Shown piece by piece: positions 26,600-41,334 of a stretch of DNA of 64,000 bases. Source of the DNA: Phoronis australis (lineage: Eukaryota; Animalia; Phoronida); assembly GCA_002633005.1 (NCBI GenBank), contig NMRA01000758.1, positions 62,001-126,000 on the forward strand, in the 5' to 3' direction. Position numbers and translations under genes: made by a program. A model generated the notes under the pieces. That model had not been told where the DNA came from and did not search any database. It saw only the letters and a list, made by a program, of their open reading frames with translations. How positions within the stretch are numbered: the stretch's first letter is position 1; each line of letters begins with the position of its first letter.

Positions 26600-26790
26600 G
26601 TTATGGAGGACCTTTTCTGATCTCTGCTGACATGTCCTTTATAGTAATTTGAAGGTATGAAATGTTTGCTGCACCCATAATGGTTTGGCACCACTTTAGC
26701 CACTGCGTGAAAGGATGACGTTGCAACGGATCTTGTCATCCAATTGAAAAATGGTGAAACAGAACAGTCATATACTCAGCAAGAACTCAT
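26600..26790 (-). mobile_element. Degenerate THAP-domain transposon remnant
   Basis: Minus strand reads MSSC*VYDCS...FHHF...QWLKWC...CSKHFIPSNY, with frameshifts and a stop. Confidence 0.45.
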
Positions 26791-27690
26791 AATTTACATA
26801 TTCCAGTATACAACAACCTCCAAGCAGACTGAGTAAACTAAGAGAAAGGCAAATAATAGTCTGTTAGTTGTTATTGTTCCAATGTGACGTGTAAGATGGC
26901 ACTGAAATCAGGCCTCAAACATCTCTTTCGGGGAAATTTGATCAACTTCAAAATTTGTCCGGGATAACCAAAAAGTGTGCAAAGAATGGTGGCCTTCTCG
27001 TTTAAATTACAAATTTCAAGACTGAAGTAGAGACGGAATGATAAATTTCAAGAAAGAGTGGAAAAGTGCTAAGCTGAGCACTGGTGCTTAATCTGAGCCA
27101 GACAGTCACCCGAGCCAAATATGGACTCTGAAAGTGAAGTCAAAAGACTCTAAGTTCAAAGAATGTGCTGCAAGGACATTTGCCTACACTACTTTGAATC
27201 AGCGCCCTCTAAAGGACACATGCAGTTGACTGGCTAAGTTATGCAACTCGACCAAGGAAAAAAATGAAGATTGAACAAATTCTGCCAACATTTTTGAAAC
27301 AATCAGTCGCCGATGATGCAAAATTAAATAATTGAAACTGTTTTTTGTCAGGAGTTCACATTTTGCAGAACAGACAATTGAAGATACCTTATTGTTCTAG
27401 AATACTATAATCAATTGTAAAAAATAATTGACGGACTTCATTGCGTTGGAACTCTTTTTTATAAATAGAAGCACTTGGCTACATTTCGCGCTTAGCACTG
27501 AGACTTTACCATTGCTACTCTAAAATTTATAAATTTTTCAGATGACTTTCTGGTTTAAGGCTAAAGTTTTAATCCGATGATGCCATCATTTGGTTACAGT
27601 TGGCATTTATCATGTCAGAAATCAACTCTGTAACTATTACTTTTAACATATTCACTGATCAATCAAATGATACTGGCTCTGTGATTATAG

Positions 27691-28336
27691 GAACAAAGAT
27701 GTTGCCAATCAAGACAAGCCTAGTGGTAATGCGGGGGTCGACAACCCCGACTACATCGATGCCTACAATGGCACTCCATTGACATCTCTACAGTCATCCC
27801 TTCCTGGTGTTCCCATGACAAAGCTGCCGGTCACAGATCGGATGGTGAACAAAATGACTTCATACCACAAAACAATGGAGATAGACGTGGATGCCCTCTA
27901 CAAACAATTCAATCCCCCCAATAGGTCCAACACAACGAATGGGGTACCAGTGGGTAGACCAACCTCAGAGCAGTTCCAGCGACAGTCACGAATAGCAAAG
28001 CCGTTGCCAGCCAACTCCGTCGTTCCAAACGGTGTCCAACAGCCCAATCAACTACCAGCTCCAACTTTAGCTGTGGTTGATATCAGTCAACTATCTATGC
28101 TACAAGCAGGCCCCAACAACAGATCTGTAGTCACAAATGGTGTTAGACCCGTGCAGCCACGACCAGAGACCAATAGGATCTCCAGACCCGTAAATATGGG
28201 AGTGCAGGAAAACGGATTACCTGCACTGACACCTGCAGATGGTGATCTTTACTATGCTTATCAGCAAATGCCTGAGCAGGACTACTGTTTTTACGGTGAA
28301 CTTTACCCTCCAACAAAGGGTGTCTACAATGTCTAA
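27691..28336 (+). CDS. Gene B terminal exon: cytoplasmic tail with NPxY and C-terminal YNV
   Basis: Acceptor gattatAG, phase 2, in frame with the ORF at 27779-28336. Reads RNKDVANQDKPSGNAGVDNPDY...DLYYAY...PPTKGVYNV*. Confidence 0.8.
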
Positions 28337-29359
28337 ATATGTGGAGACACCTATTGGTAAATTAACATGCTAAACCATATATTCAAGTCATCGAGATTGA
28401 GTACGTAATACTTTTTAATGAAGTAGTTATAGCACTTACTAACTGCACTAATAAGTTTAACGAGCAACAGTCATGTTTTGAGCAAGTAAATACTCTACGA
28501 CAATACTGTTACACTTGGCAATAGATGTCACTATCATACACTGAACTAGTACAGACAGACAAATACTAAAATAATCCTGAACACAAATTTTAAAATCAAC
28601 AGCACATCACAAATGTGAAAATGTGACAGACCTGCTAGATAGTATTTATCTCAGAAGTGACTTTATTTGTTAACTATGTTTTTAACCTTTTCATTTATTT
28701 ATTTATATTGTATTTTCCAGCTCATGTAAATTACTTTAAAGAAAGCATGGGATACATTTTGTCTGTTGGGCATTAATGACACTTACTCCTTGTAGAGTCA
28801 CTTATGCACAGGGCTTTACAGCTCATAAGCAGTTTATTTTTGTAGAGATTCCGTTATTAGTAAGCGGATATTATTTAATTTTGCAACAGTTTGGTTGATG
28901 TTTAATTTCCTAACCGTTAACTAATCTGAGTTGTGGGCTGCTAAGTATTACTTAATAAACATATCTATGACAGGACAGTATTATATAATTTAACACTAAA
29001 CAACAGAAACCACTAACTGAGCATTAAAAAAGTAGCTTTAACGTTTCTTACAATCCATTTCCCATAATAACGGCAACATAATCATCTATGCCTTGTCACC
29101 AGATGGCGATAGCGTAGATGTAGATGTGGACAGTGTTCTGCATTCTGCATGCTTGTATTGGGATTCAATGCAGTGGAATTTCTCAGAGTTTTTCAAGAAT
29201 ACCATGATGACTTTGAATATCCCTTGATGTGCTACGAGATTTAATCAGAAGATTCACATAATAGTATCCAACTTCTCAAAATGTTTTTGAAGGATAGAAA
29301 CTGCCATTGAACTTGTCAAATCAGCACGTCTTGTCCACTTGAATTAGAAACTGCATCAA

Positions 29360-29788
29360 GCTAGATGACTTCTGAGCTCTCACTACACTATCAAGCAAGA
29401 TGGTACTGAGCTCTCACTACACTATCAAGCCAGACGTTAGTGAGCTCTCACTACACTATAAAGTTAGGCGATACTGAGCTCTCACTACACTACCAAGCTT
29501 GACGATAATGAGCTCTCACTACACTATCAAGTCAGATAATACTGAGCTTTCACTACAATATCGAGCCAGAAAATACTGAGCTCTCACTACACTATCAAGC
29601 CAGACGATAGTCAGCTCTCACAACACTATCAAGCGAGACGGTACTGAGCTCTCACTACACTATCAAGCGAGACGGTACTGAGCTCTCACTACACTATCAA
29701 GCGAGACGGTACTGAGCTCTCACAACACTATCAAGCCAGACGCTACTGACCTCTGCCTACACAACCAAGTGAGATGCTATTGAGCTCT
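29360..29788 (+). repeat. Minisatellite, 34 bp x ~12
   Basis: Consensus GAGCTCTCACTACACTATCAAGCCAGACGGTACT. Confidence 0.92.
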
Positions 29789-32700
29789 TGTTTCGCACAA
29801 ACTAAATTAAATATATTTCCCTGATAGTAGGGGTGTGCCAAACCATTGTAATATTAATGACGATAATAAAATACTACTAGACCAGTGTTAATTAAAAGTA
29901 GCATTATATTAAAAGCTAACAACCAGAATCTAAATCCGTACACTTGTGAATTTTAGTCACAAAAATAGTATTTTGCACATAAAATACGTACATATAAACG
30001 ACGAATGGGTGCTAAAACTATTAAAATTTCCCAACATGTTGCAGGCAATATAGTTCTTCCTCACTGAGCTACCCAAGAATACAAATATATCTATACATAT
30101 ACCTATACATGCTTAATAATAGCCATCCTAATGAATGAGAGTCACATTGACTATTTCTGTTAACCATCTGTAAGGTGAATAGGAGTGTTTAATTACAGTC
30201 TTGACATGCAAACTACAACCTGATTGACAGGGGTTGTCAATCACTATATTGAGTTGATCCATTCTCATTAGCTATGATTTCCTTGGGGTCACATGACTGC
30301 GCAATTAGACACATTCTCAGTGAGTGCACCCTCATAACATGTCAGGTATTTCAATGTGTGCTAGCAGCAGATGCTGGCACTGGGATCAAAGCATGCCTTG
30401 AACTGGGGATGTTGAAGAGACTGATGCTGTCTTTGAAGGCATACGATAAGGACTGAGCTGGAATAACAAAAAATATCAACTCAACGTAAGATGGTGGATT
30501 ATCAATGATATCACAGCTAGCGTCAACACACACAGCAGGACTGAAGGGGGTTCATTGAGATTACAGTTAGTACATACTTAAGCTAGGGAGACCAGCTGGA
30601 GCTTGTTTCAAACGGCTGTACTACATTATAAGGAAAAAACTGCAGGTTTAAAAGACAATTGAGCCATACTGGGCACATGTGCTGTCAATGTTTGGTGCTG
30701 ACTTTAACCAGGTACGTGACTCGACTCGTATTGTTATCATATACATGTGTAACATGAACTTGTCTCCAATGTCTTGAAGCCTAGCAGCTGCATAAACCTG
30801 AAATGTTTGGAGTGTTTCTGTTCTAAAATATCTAAACCGATTGCATTTGTTTTTATAGGTTCTTCAATTCCATGATTAACTTGAAAATTGAATCTTTTAT
30901 TTCAACAGTAATATCAACTTATTCTAATTGAATAATCCACACATGAAGCCTAGTATAGCAAGTTTCAATCCATCAAAAACAACCACACCTTACTCTCATT
31001 CAATTTCATCTACATTTTAGGTTATTTTTCCTTAAATTTAACCTTAAAGCACAACACAAATGAGCTGCTACACCTCATGAACTATGTGCTAGAGAAGTGA
31101 ACGGACTATAATTGAGATAGTCACCTCTAAGGCTCTCGAGTGAAGGATGAGGCATAGAGAATTACATATGACTTTAAACAACTTTAAAAAGTGTGGCCTC
31201 TTTAATGATTCAGCAGAGCAATTAAAAACTCTTTGTAGATTGACTATAGAGTATGGCAAGTAATTTACCTCAAAGAGATCACTGACTACAGAAAAATTGA
31301 TACACGATCAAGCGTTCCTAAAATTAATGGCCAACCAGGAAGCAATGATATATAATTCAAATTTTACGAACAGGAAAAATATGAAGCAGTTACGCCCACT
31401 AATCTTCGTGCAACCATCAGTTTTTCCCATTGTTTACATAAAATTCCAAAATTTCCAGCAAACAGGCCCACCTTTAGATAGGCCCAGCTGGCATACATGA
31501 GGAAAATTTTTCAAAGATATGACCAGAGTATACATTTAGGAAAAATATGGATGGCTGAATCCCAAAACTTTCCCCTAGGTAATGGACACCAAAACCGTAA
31601 GTCAATTTCAACCATAAGGTCTTTTAATATCAAACTGCTTGAAGAATCATGATGAAAAGTGGCAGGTGTGAGAGGAGCATTGCTGACATATTTTGCAACC
31701 CCTAGAGGCTTTTTAACTGTCTTAGCATTGCTCCTTTAAGTGGGAATGTATAAAATAATTATCATACCTTGTGTCTGCGATATATGTAATGCACACGGTG
31801 GGCGCATGTCAACATACTGCGATGCTCTTGTTTATTATGAAGCGCTCTTAACTTCGACATTACCGAATTCCCCAAAATATCAACTTGTTCATGTCCATCT
31901 GAAAGGTCTAATAAACTCCTATCTGTGAGGACAATCACTAATAGACAATACCGTGTATTAGCTCTCTTGCTTTCCATTTGTTTCCAGCTACAATTAACTT
32001 GGCCCAGTGTATATTTGGTCACCTCAAAACACATGCCTGAACATATATTATAAGTTGATTTTCATCCCTAAAGTAGTATTTCCTGAATGTATGCTCGTAG
32101 TATACCAAGGTTTAACTTGCCACGATCTTTCATACACAAGGTTATCGAAGTTTCAATGTACTTAATACGAACAACACAACTGTAGCCGTCGCATAATACA
32201 ACAAAACTTTATGCTCGACTCATTTGCATATGATAGAAACAAGGCGCCCAGATGGGTCAATGAAGCTAGGTTCCTAAATAAAATACTAGGTGCACGAATG
32301 CCATAGAAGTTCATTTATTATGACCATGAATAAGATGAAGTAGTACAAGTGAAAAATACAAACTATACTGCAAAACATAGTATCACATATTGTGCGTAGA
32401 TAGACAATCAAAACACGACATGAGGTGAAGGCAGTTCATGCTCACAGCCAACATGGGGGTTGTGCAAAGTTCAATGGAGATTGTTGATCAATCCACATGG
32501 TTACTGCATGCATACAGTGGCTACCCTTAAAGAAGAAAATTCAACATCAAGGTATTGTAAATGAGATACATTGAAGAAAAGGGGCTCTGGTGAGCATTTC
32601 AATACTTCTACAATAAACAAACTGATCTCCAGATACTAAAAGACTCAACTCTGTATATGATTTGGAGGATACTCCCGACATCTTACTCATGAATGTGTAA

Positions 32701-35700
32701 TATGGGATGATGATGATGAGTGATAGTGCCTGTGTTACTACACAGGGCATGTTCAGGTAGCATTTACCTGGCTAAGCTTAGGAATGGAATGCCAGGTCAT
32801 AAAGCGAGTCTGGTGAACATATTAAAGGCGAGGAACTACTGTTTTACCTTCATGAAGAGGAATGTACGGTGTTAAGTATTTAACAGGTGATTCTCAACTC
32901 AATTGAAACCCTGGACAGAGGCACCAATATTCACAACACACCAGAAAGGGTATAACCAGAGGTTACTGCATAGAACTCTGACTAGAGCACATAGTATTAC
33001 ATTATTGAATGCCCTGAAAACGGACACCCATGGATGAAGATGACACGAAAACGGGAAGAAAAATTAGTGGCCCCAGAGAAGTCAGGTATCAAATGCTAAA
33101 AAGAAAGAATTGCAGTAATGAACAAGAAACAGAAAAATAAGGAAAGACTAAACTCAATAATCCAAACAATTCCTGATACAATTTGTGAGTTTTGTTTATA
33201 TTTCAGGGAGTATAACATATTTTTACTTAGAGGTCAATAATGAAACAAGAGTTTTGAAATATTGATGGTTACGTATATTTACCTTGATCAAGTAAATATT
33301 TTGCTGCTATTTCCACATCTAACAACATTTGAACAGATGTTGCAACACCCACACAAGGATAACAGTTCAGTTTTTAATTTGTAATCAGTTGTCATAAACT
33401 AAACAGATTTTGACATCAGGGACAAAAAATATTTCATGTTGCATCAACCAGTTGTGCACCAAGACTAATCATAACTCAAGAAGATTAGCCATTAGAATGA
33501 GTGATTGAATACTTCACAAAAATGTAGCAAAATTCTGCAACTGGAGTCTTTTTTTCAACAGCCAAGCAACAAATACGTTTTACTTTCTTCTAGTTTGAAC
33601 AAATACTGGGCTAAAAAATATGAGGAGAGATAACCCACTAGAAAAAATTAGTAAATGTTAAAGTAAACACACATAAAATCTTTTTGTCAATGACAACACT
33701 TCAACTGTGGACAAAGGCACAGCAGAAATATGACAGGACTATCACTAACACAGTAAAAGAAAATTGAAATCAGAAAGGCTAAACACATGGTATTGGTTGA
33801 ATACTGGACTCCACCGTCTGCTAAAATTCGAACATGTTTATAACATTTCCCTCTTGCACAGAATTTGATTAACTACAGTGACAAAAAAAGAAAAAATATC
33901 AGAGAAAGGATCAAGTTAAAAATATTTAAAAAATGCTAAAAACTGGGAAATTTTCGGGTTCTCTGCGGCCTTGGCTATGAAAGTACCATAGGGATAATAA
34001 AACAATTATCTTCTCTGCCAGAACTATACACCCTATTTAAATGTGTATTTAAATGTGTATTTGCGTGTTCCTAACTATATAGAACCTCATGGATTGAACA
34101 TAAAAACTTCTTAAAATATGTCATTGAATCTTTTACGCAAAAATATATCATATTCATTACACCATATCTTAAATGTCAATATAGTGTTTGATTTTACTTT
34201 ATTTCTGTTTCTGTTGACAAAGGATGTTATTACATCCGAAAATTTCAGTTAATCCATTCTTGTTGTTTTATTTACCTATTTATTTCCTAACTATACTAAT
34301 GTATAGCAGGAACTAAACGACGATGCTATTTGAACATCATCTATGCTAAGCAAATTGCAGTTGTATTCATTGACAACTTGTAAATGTGAAATTCTGCAAA
34401 GAGATGACCTTTGTAGTAATAACTTGGGGTCACATAGTGCCATTTTGCAGTGTTATTTTCCAAAACCACGTCATTTTGACACAAAACTCGTTTTTAAAAA
34501 CATTAGGCAATTTTCAACCTACTTCATATCCACATCGTTGCTATATGTACCGTATATTTCTAACTAATTTGGCCAAGCAATCAAGGAGAAAGGGAATTAG
34601 CCTCCGAGTTCCACTTTAAGCTGCGTTTACTTAGTATACGCAGACCAAATGCGACAGTTGTGTGACTAAACGAAGGGTTCAAACATAAATCACTGACATT
34701 GCATGTCAATTTCAAAAGGCTTATTGTCTACAAACAACACCTATAATTCACAGACGGGGGGGGGGCCTCACAAATTTCTAAGCCACTATTCAGACTAGTT
34801 ACCCCTCTCCTCTACCCAAAATGTGTTTTATAAACCAGTGATCTCATTTCATTAACTTTACATTAGAAAAGATAATTGATGCGCAATCACCTTTACATGG
34901 TGATAAATTAAACTTGGCAAAGAGCCCAGCAGTCAAGCGTTTGAAAACCTATTATTTTAATAAAGGTAATGCAAAGTGATTTTTTTTTTAAAACCACTGG
35001 TTTTTCAAGGTCACTGGAAAATGACTCAACCAGGTCATTAGAGCATCACCTGTGGGAAAAACAAGCAAAACCAAAATGAAAATATTTTTACAAAATTTAG
35101 CAAAAATTTGAACTTTTTAATCTACAAAAATTGTGGGAGTCACAAGATTGAATTCCTTTATTCGTAATAACTTATGCAAAATTTGTTGTTTATACCCGGT
35201 GTTTTGAAAGCATTCAAAATAAGGACTTTACAATCATGTTAAATGTTAAAGAGCAGTTTGCCACAGAATGAATAAAAAGCAACTTGATTTGTATTGTACA
35301 TGACATATAAAACAAAAACATATCACTCAAATGCATTGATCCTGAATGCAAGACTGGAAATAGAAACAGGGCTGGCTAATTGAAAGAATGGTGACATGCA
35401 CTTGGTGTGACAAACCACTGACCCATAGCAAGATGTTAGTGGAGGCTGACAATAACTAGTTACAACAGCACTCCAAATGTTTGTAGTCAATTCTGTTATG
35501 CTAGATTATTTATTATCTCTTCTGAATAATTTGTCAAAACGATATACCCCTGTCACTGTGCTGTGGTTCTGAAATCGGGGGATTTACGGAGTATCATATC
35601 ACTGAAAAGGTGCATTGTATTTTTGTAAACTGGATCTTGGGGTAGGAACAGTCTGCTCTAATACTGCAGTTTTAAGTGATTATGGGAGGTTTCCTCTGTG

Positions 35701-36722
35701 CACTAGGTATTCTGTAACATTGGTTAAAGTTTGGTTTAAAATCCTTGTGAAGTGACTGACAGATATACAAAGGCAGGCAGCTTACCAGAAGGTCTGTAAA
35801 TTAGACAGTAGTGGCACATCTAAGTATATTAGGCATAGTCAGTTACAAACATGTTACCGAAATATTGCTTCCATGAAGTATGATTAAACCAGGGAGTATT
35901 TGCAAAGAAACCTTTTGATACTGTTTTCACAACGACTAAATGACTGTTATATACAGAGTTGGTATTCAGACATTCAGAACAGACAATTATATTATTTTAC
36001 AAACTATAAGGAAAACTTTGCAGTAGAACAGTACTCAGAATTTAGTTTGTCACAAGTTTTCGCCCTACCTCATGACTTTGTTGTGGAAACCACAGTTTAC
36101 TAGTTGCGAGTGGTAGGCATTTAAAAATTGACTACGATGGTAGAATAAGCCCCAGAAACTGTGTTGATACACTTTGTTGTTTGTGATGCATTCCATGATA
36201 CCAGGAAGATGTTCGCACCACAGCGTTTTGGAGTTTTCCAACCTTGTCATTTTTGCCGAGTACAATTTTTAAGCTTTGAAAAGAAGAGAAGTTTAATTCA
36301 GAGTAATGTTAGAAGTTTAATATTTATGAGCCTGAAGGCTATTACTGTAATGTGCATCTCTAGCCTCTAATACAACAGAAACGAACATATATGATAGATT
36401 ATTTATCAGGTTGTCTTATTATTCAATTCAATTTGCAAGTGCCAATAGGTGGTGCATGCATGCATGCGTGCGTACGCGTGTGTGAAAGGTTATTTAAGAA
36501 AATCAACAACAGAGAAGAATGAACATGAAGAGGAACGATACTAACAGAGATGCAACTGGCAAATCGGATAATAGTTGATAATTAGTGTGTGATAGACTAA
36601 TTACTTGATGCAACCACTTGGTAGAAGTAGAGCGTTGAGTGGAAGATGGTGATGAGTAAATTATTGATTTCAGAGGCCTGCCTGCACACTGTGATTATCT
36701 GGTGAGAGAGAGGGACATGTAG

Positions 36723-36786
36723 ATGATGTTAGGCTCACTGGGTCTTCATGTTCTGCTGGTATGGGCTTATGTCATGGCAGTGACAG
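36723..36786 (+). CDS. Gene C exon 1: signal peptide
   Basis: MMLGSLGLHVLLVWAYVMAVT, then phase-1 donor G|GTAAGA, in frame with 39612. Confidence 0.75.
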
Positions 36787-39611
36787 GTAAGATGGATATA
36801 CACGTGCTGTACTAGCCTGGCATGCATGTGTCCTCTTGTGTAATATGGCTGTACCAACTGTAACTCCTGGCAATCACTGGATAACTCCTTGTCTTATGTT
36901 ATTCATTTTTTCACAAGTCAAGTTCACCATTGAAACTTTTACTTATAAATTACTTCATCTAATGCTAGATTTGAGTTTAAATAATAATGATAAGAGTAAT
37001 AATTATAATACTAATAAATATAAGCAAAACAGGTAATTATAGCAATAACAATTAAATCAAAAAATGTTAATTAATCATTAAAACAGAATGACTTTCATAA
37101 GTAGAAATATCAATGACGTGTCAACAACACAACAAGGAGTTTTACATGAGGCAAAGCTTGATAATACCTCACATTTGGAGTTTTGTTACCCCTACGCTTA
37201 AGCAAGCTTAAGTCAAACTGCGCCTAACCCGTCCTAATCAATTCACAAATTGACGCGTGTGGCTTAGCCAAGCTGCTGAAGAAATCCTATTCACTTAATT
37301 TCTCATATAATAAACCCCCACGGCAATTTCGCTGAAACTAAATGTTGATTTAGACCACTTACACTGTAAAACGGGGCTGTGTTCAGTAATGCTAGGACCT
37401 ACGCTAGTACCTAGCTAAAAAATAGCCAAATTTATGTGTTCTCATGTGAAATACACGGCAGTATCTCACGTAATCTCGCAAAATCTTGCTTTTTAGCGAG
37501 GTCCTAGCGTTACTTAATGGAAGGCTGGTCTCTGTTCCTTGTTCAGATGACGTGATTTGTGGTCTAGCATAAACAACAGACCACCGTTGCTAATAACACA
37601 CCACAGCACATGTTGTACATCCTGGTCTCAAGCAAAATCAAACTGCTAGTTCTTTCGAAGCCTAGGAATCACGGCAAATTTTGATTATGGAAAATTTGAG
37701 ACCTATTTTATAACAGTACGTAGTCTAAATGAAAAACTGTTATTTATGATCGACATATGTCCCGAATGATATATAATAGTTCGTGCATCACAAGCTCGTT
37801 ACCAGAGATGAAACAAAGACCGGGTTTGGTGATATAAGGTCATTTATTATGACTAATACAATTACAAGTAGAGTTATTTATATGACTAATACAATTACAA
37901 GTAATAGGTAGTGACTAAACATAAGTAAGGTAAAAAATACTAATCTCTGGTAAGATGGGCAAATGAAAAGCGCCACAAGAGATGTTGTAAGACAGCTCAT
38001 GCCCATCCTAAATATCAGGTTTTTAACTAGATAAAGCATTTTAAACAAGCGTTGCGAACTTTTGACCTCTTGTTTCTTACACAGCAAAATGCAGCCTATC
38101 TGTAAACAATGAATGTGAGTCACTATTTCATTAAAGGTCAAACTTGTACATCTTTGCACTAGTTGTCGCTGTTTACTGTGCAGGTGAATTACCCTCTTTT
38201 TCGCAAACTTCTGGTAAGAAATTGGGGTGAATTTCTAAGTTACACCACATTTCAAAAAATTTCCCAGTGCTCGGAGCCTCTGTATCACTTGGTCGTGTTA
38301 GGTTCTGCTTGTTGTGTATTGATAAACTACTTTTTCCGCTTACTTCTGATTCTATTTCATGCAATGACGACATTGAGTGAGGCACCGTGGTCAATATAAG
38401 ACAAACTTAGCATCATGGAGTCGCAGAGACTCAAACATAAACATCCACAACACAAAATCATCTAAAATAGTTTTTCAAACAATTATTTTGCTTAGTTATC
38501 AAGCCTTAGCACACTAGAGTCGAATTAGCTCTAACAAGGTCAGCACATCGCTGGACGATACTGTTACTTTGTAATTACTTGGCGAAATTCTTCGAATTCC
38601 GACAAGTATGTTGCTCTGACGTCAAGTATTTTTTTTGTTGGCACTCTACAGTTCGCAATTTTCATCCGACTCGCATGAAATTCACACACGACGTGTAGAT
38701 CTGGAAGTCCTGGGAGCCTATTGTTTATGGTCATTATCGGATTCATTCGGTTACAGTTTCAGATCCAAAAGTTCATAGAGGCCGCATTTTTCAACGTAGA
38801 GAGCTGAAACGTGGTACGATTATTACAGAACATAAGTACTACAACTGCGTAAATCGTTGACTTCCGGTCAAAGATGGCGGAAATATCGACCATAGCGCAT
38901 GCACACCTCAATATCTGGCCAAAAATGTTTTCTCCTGTAGAGGGCGCATTGGTGAACCAATCATTTTCAATCTCGTCACCTGTTTGTTTCGTTTTGTAAA
39001 TTTAATTATCAGACTAATGTCAAGGCTTGGAAAAAGCTGCTATAGTAATGATAAGTTTTAATCGCCATTTGGCGACACACTGGAATATATAATCATCATT
39101 TCTGTATTGGCTGTCGCCAATGGCAATGAAAAATGGGACTTTTCAAGCACTGATTAGTAATATGCTTTGCCTGGTTTCCCTCTAAATTTTTGCTATAACT
39201 TTGACAAAGCCTGGCGAATTACGATGAAATTTGTAAAGTTGTTTTCAAAACTGCTGTTTGTAGTATAAAAGTGCATCAATACATCCAGTTTTCAGAGCCC
39301 CAAATAACTGCAACTTCAAGACAGAAACAAGTTTGAGACAGTTCAACATGTCAAAAATACTGCATGTAAAAAAGCTTTATCCCAGAGTAGAACCGAGGAA
39401 AAATATATTGAAGTGGAGAGTTAACCTGAACTACATCAGCACTTGAATCACTTGTTAAGACGGACACAAAATTAAAAACATAACAAGATTGATCTGCAAT
39501 AATAGCGACAGACTAGTTTGAGTCCCAGATGTGCGGCACCGTTTCATTTTAAAGAACAAAGATATGATGTATAAAAAGAGATATAACTCTGACGTGGTGT
39601 AACACATATAG

Positions 39612-39890
39612 GTGTCCAGCACAGCAGTAGATGTCATGACTCCAACTCTATACCCCTTGACATACGATGTGATGATGGCTACATGCTGCAGATAGTGAAA
39701 GTACTGCATGGTTACAATACACGTCATGACTGCACGTTCCGGCCTGGGGACTGTGAGAACATGCAGCGCCAGCGTTACGACTGTGTGGGCACGCAGCGAT
39801 GTGCATTGAACGAAACACGGGATGCGGTCTGGATACCACGGTGCAGGAAGAAGAGTAACTTTGTTCAAGTCGACTACAACTGCATAAAAG
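39612..39890 (+). CDS. Gene C exon 2: 8-Cys SUEL-like domain
   Basis: Acceptor atAG, donor G|GTAAGA, phase 1-1. Reads RCHDSNSIPLDIRCDDGYMLQIVKVLHGYN...DCTFRPGDC...DCVGTQRC...RCRKKSNFVQVDYNCI, with the same Cys order and terminal VxYxC as gene B exon 2. Confidence 0.75.
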
Positions 39891-41334
39891 GTAAGACTTA
39901 TTTACTAAAGAATATATAAAATGGATAAGGACCCTCGTATGCCTGAAAACATCTAGAAAGTTGTGCACTAATTACAATAAAGGTAATACTTATGAAAACC
40001 TGACATGCCCTGAGACATTGTCTAGTTTGGTATTCATTCTTGAATTACGTACTGCCTGTTCAATGCAGAGCAAGACTTGCCCTGAATTGCATAGACAGTG
40101 TTCACCCTTCTGGTAGTTAAATATCGTTATATCTGCACTTCCACATCATACACACATACACGCTGAAACAAACAATCCGCTTATTTTAAATATATTTTAT
40201 TATCTAAAAATGCAAACCATAAGGCATAATAAACAGACATAGAACAAGAAATATGAAGTATCAGAGAGTTAGCACCAGATTTAAAGAAGAATGCCACCCA
40301 AAAAACAACCTATTTTGTATCGATTTAGATCGAGTAGTTCCACTCGATAACAGCAAGTTAAGTTCCTTTACCTGACCCCTGACGGCAGACGGAGGTGTTG
40401 AAATTAACAAATGATATCAGAGGTTTGAACGCAGTCTGTTCAGCAATTCACAGCACGCTAACTGGTGTCAGCTTATCATTTGAATTCATCATTTCACATC
40501 AATAAATCATCAAAATTCGATTAAAAACCTTACAAACATATCCATTTCTTGAACAAATGTGCTGTTTAATTTCGCTGTTACGGATTTATAGACATTTGAA
40601 CGTACCTTAGCCTACAAAGTTTGTAAGTAGACCAATTTACCAAGGGCAGTCGTGGGAGTTTGGGGTCTATTCGATGATAAACTCGAATCATTCTTCCGTG
40701 AAATACAGACTCGCGATTTTTCAGTTCTAAACACACAAAACACTGGTTATTCCGGCCAGTGGCTCAGAACCCAATCAAGCGGTGTCGCGGCCAGATTAAA
40801 AACACTACAGCCAAAGTTGGAAACTAAACTTCCAATCACAAAAAGACTATACCAGTGAGCCAAAGAAATAATGTGCACGTGACTATTTTGTTGAATTAGT
40901 CGCAGAACTGCAAATCTACTTACTCCTCGGGGGCTGCGACTTAAAGTCAGGTTCCCCAACCGTCACGGCAAAAGTTGTACAGTAATAATGATTCGAATAA
41001 TGCATACTTTTATGTATATCTAAATCGAGACTCCCAAAACATCTGACCAGGATATACAAAAAATCGAGTTAGCAGTTTTCTGCTAGCAAAAACTGAATAA
41101 GCATGCACTCACACGTCTTCAGTGCCCGATCAATTAGCTTTATTGCATCTAAAGCCGGCAACGCAGTGATTTATTCATTGCTGGCTTCTCAAAACATTTG
41201 CACTCACGAACACTCAACTTCAAAGGTAATACAAATTGTTTCTAATGAGACAGACTTTGTTTCAGTTTTATCAAGCATTGGTTTAAGTGAGAATAATTCA
41301 TTTTGAAACAGAACACAAAATAATGAACGTCAAC

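Noticed and set aside
29360-29788. CRISPR-like array (conserved ~22-nt core plus a more variable ~12-nt part)
   Set aside because: The variable parts are mutated versions of one sequence rather than unique spacers. There are no cas genes and the context is eukaryotic.
34380-34425. Possible next ASCC3 exon (minus strand AAG then S-Y-Y)
   Set aside because: The downstream translation (YKGHLFAEF...) has no resemblance to ASCC3 and the acceptor is poor.
30274-35900. Short ORFs between genes B and C as an additional gene
   Set aside because: No recognisable domain and no phase-compatible exon chain found. Most short ORFs in the track use prokaryotic GTG/TTG starts and appear spurious.
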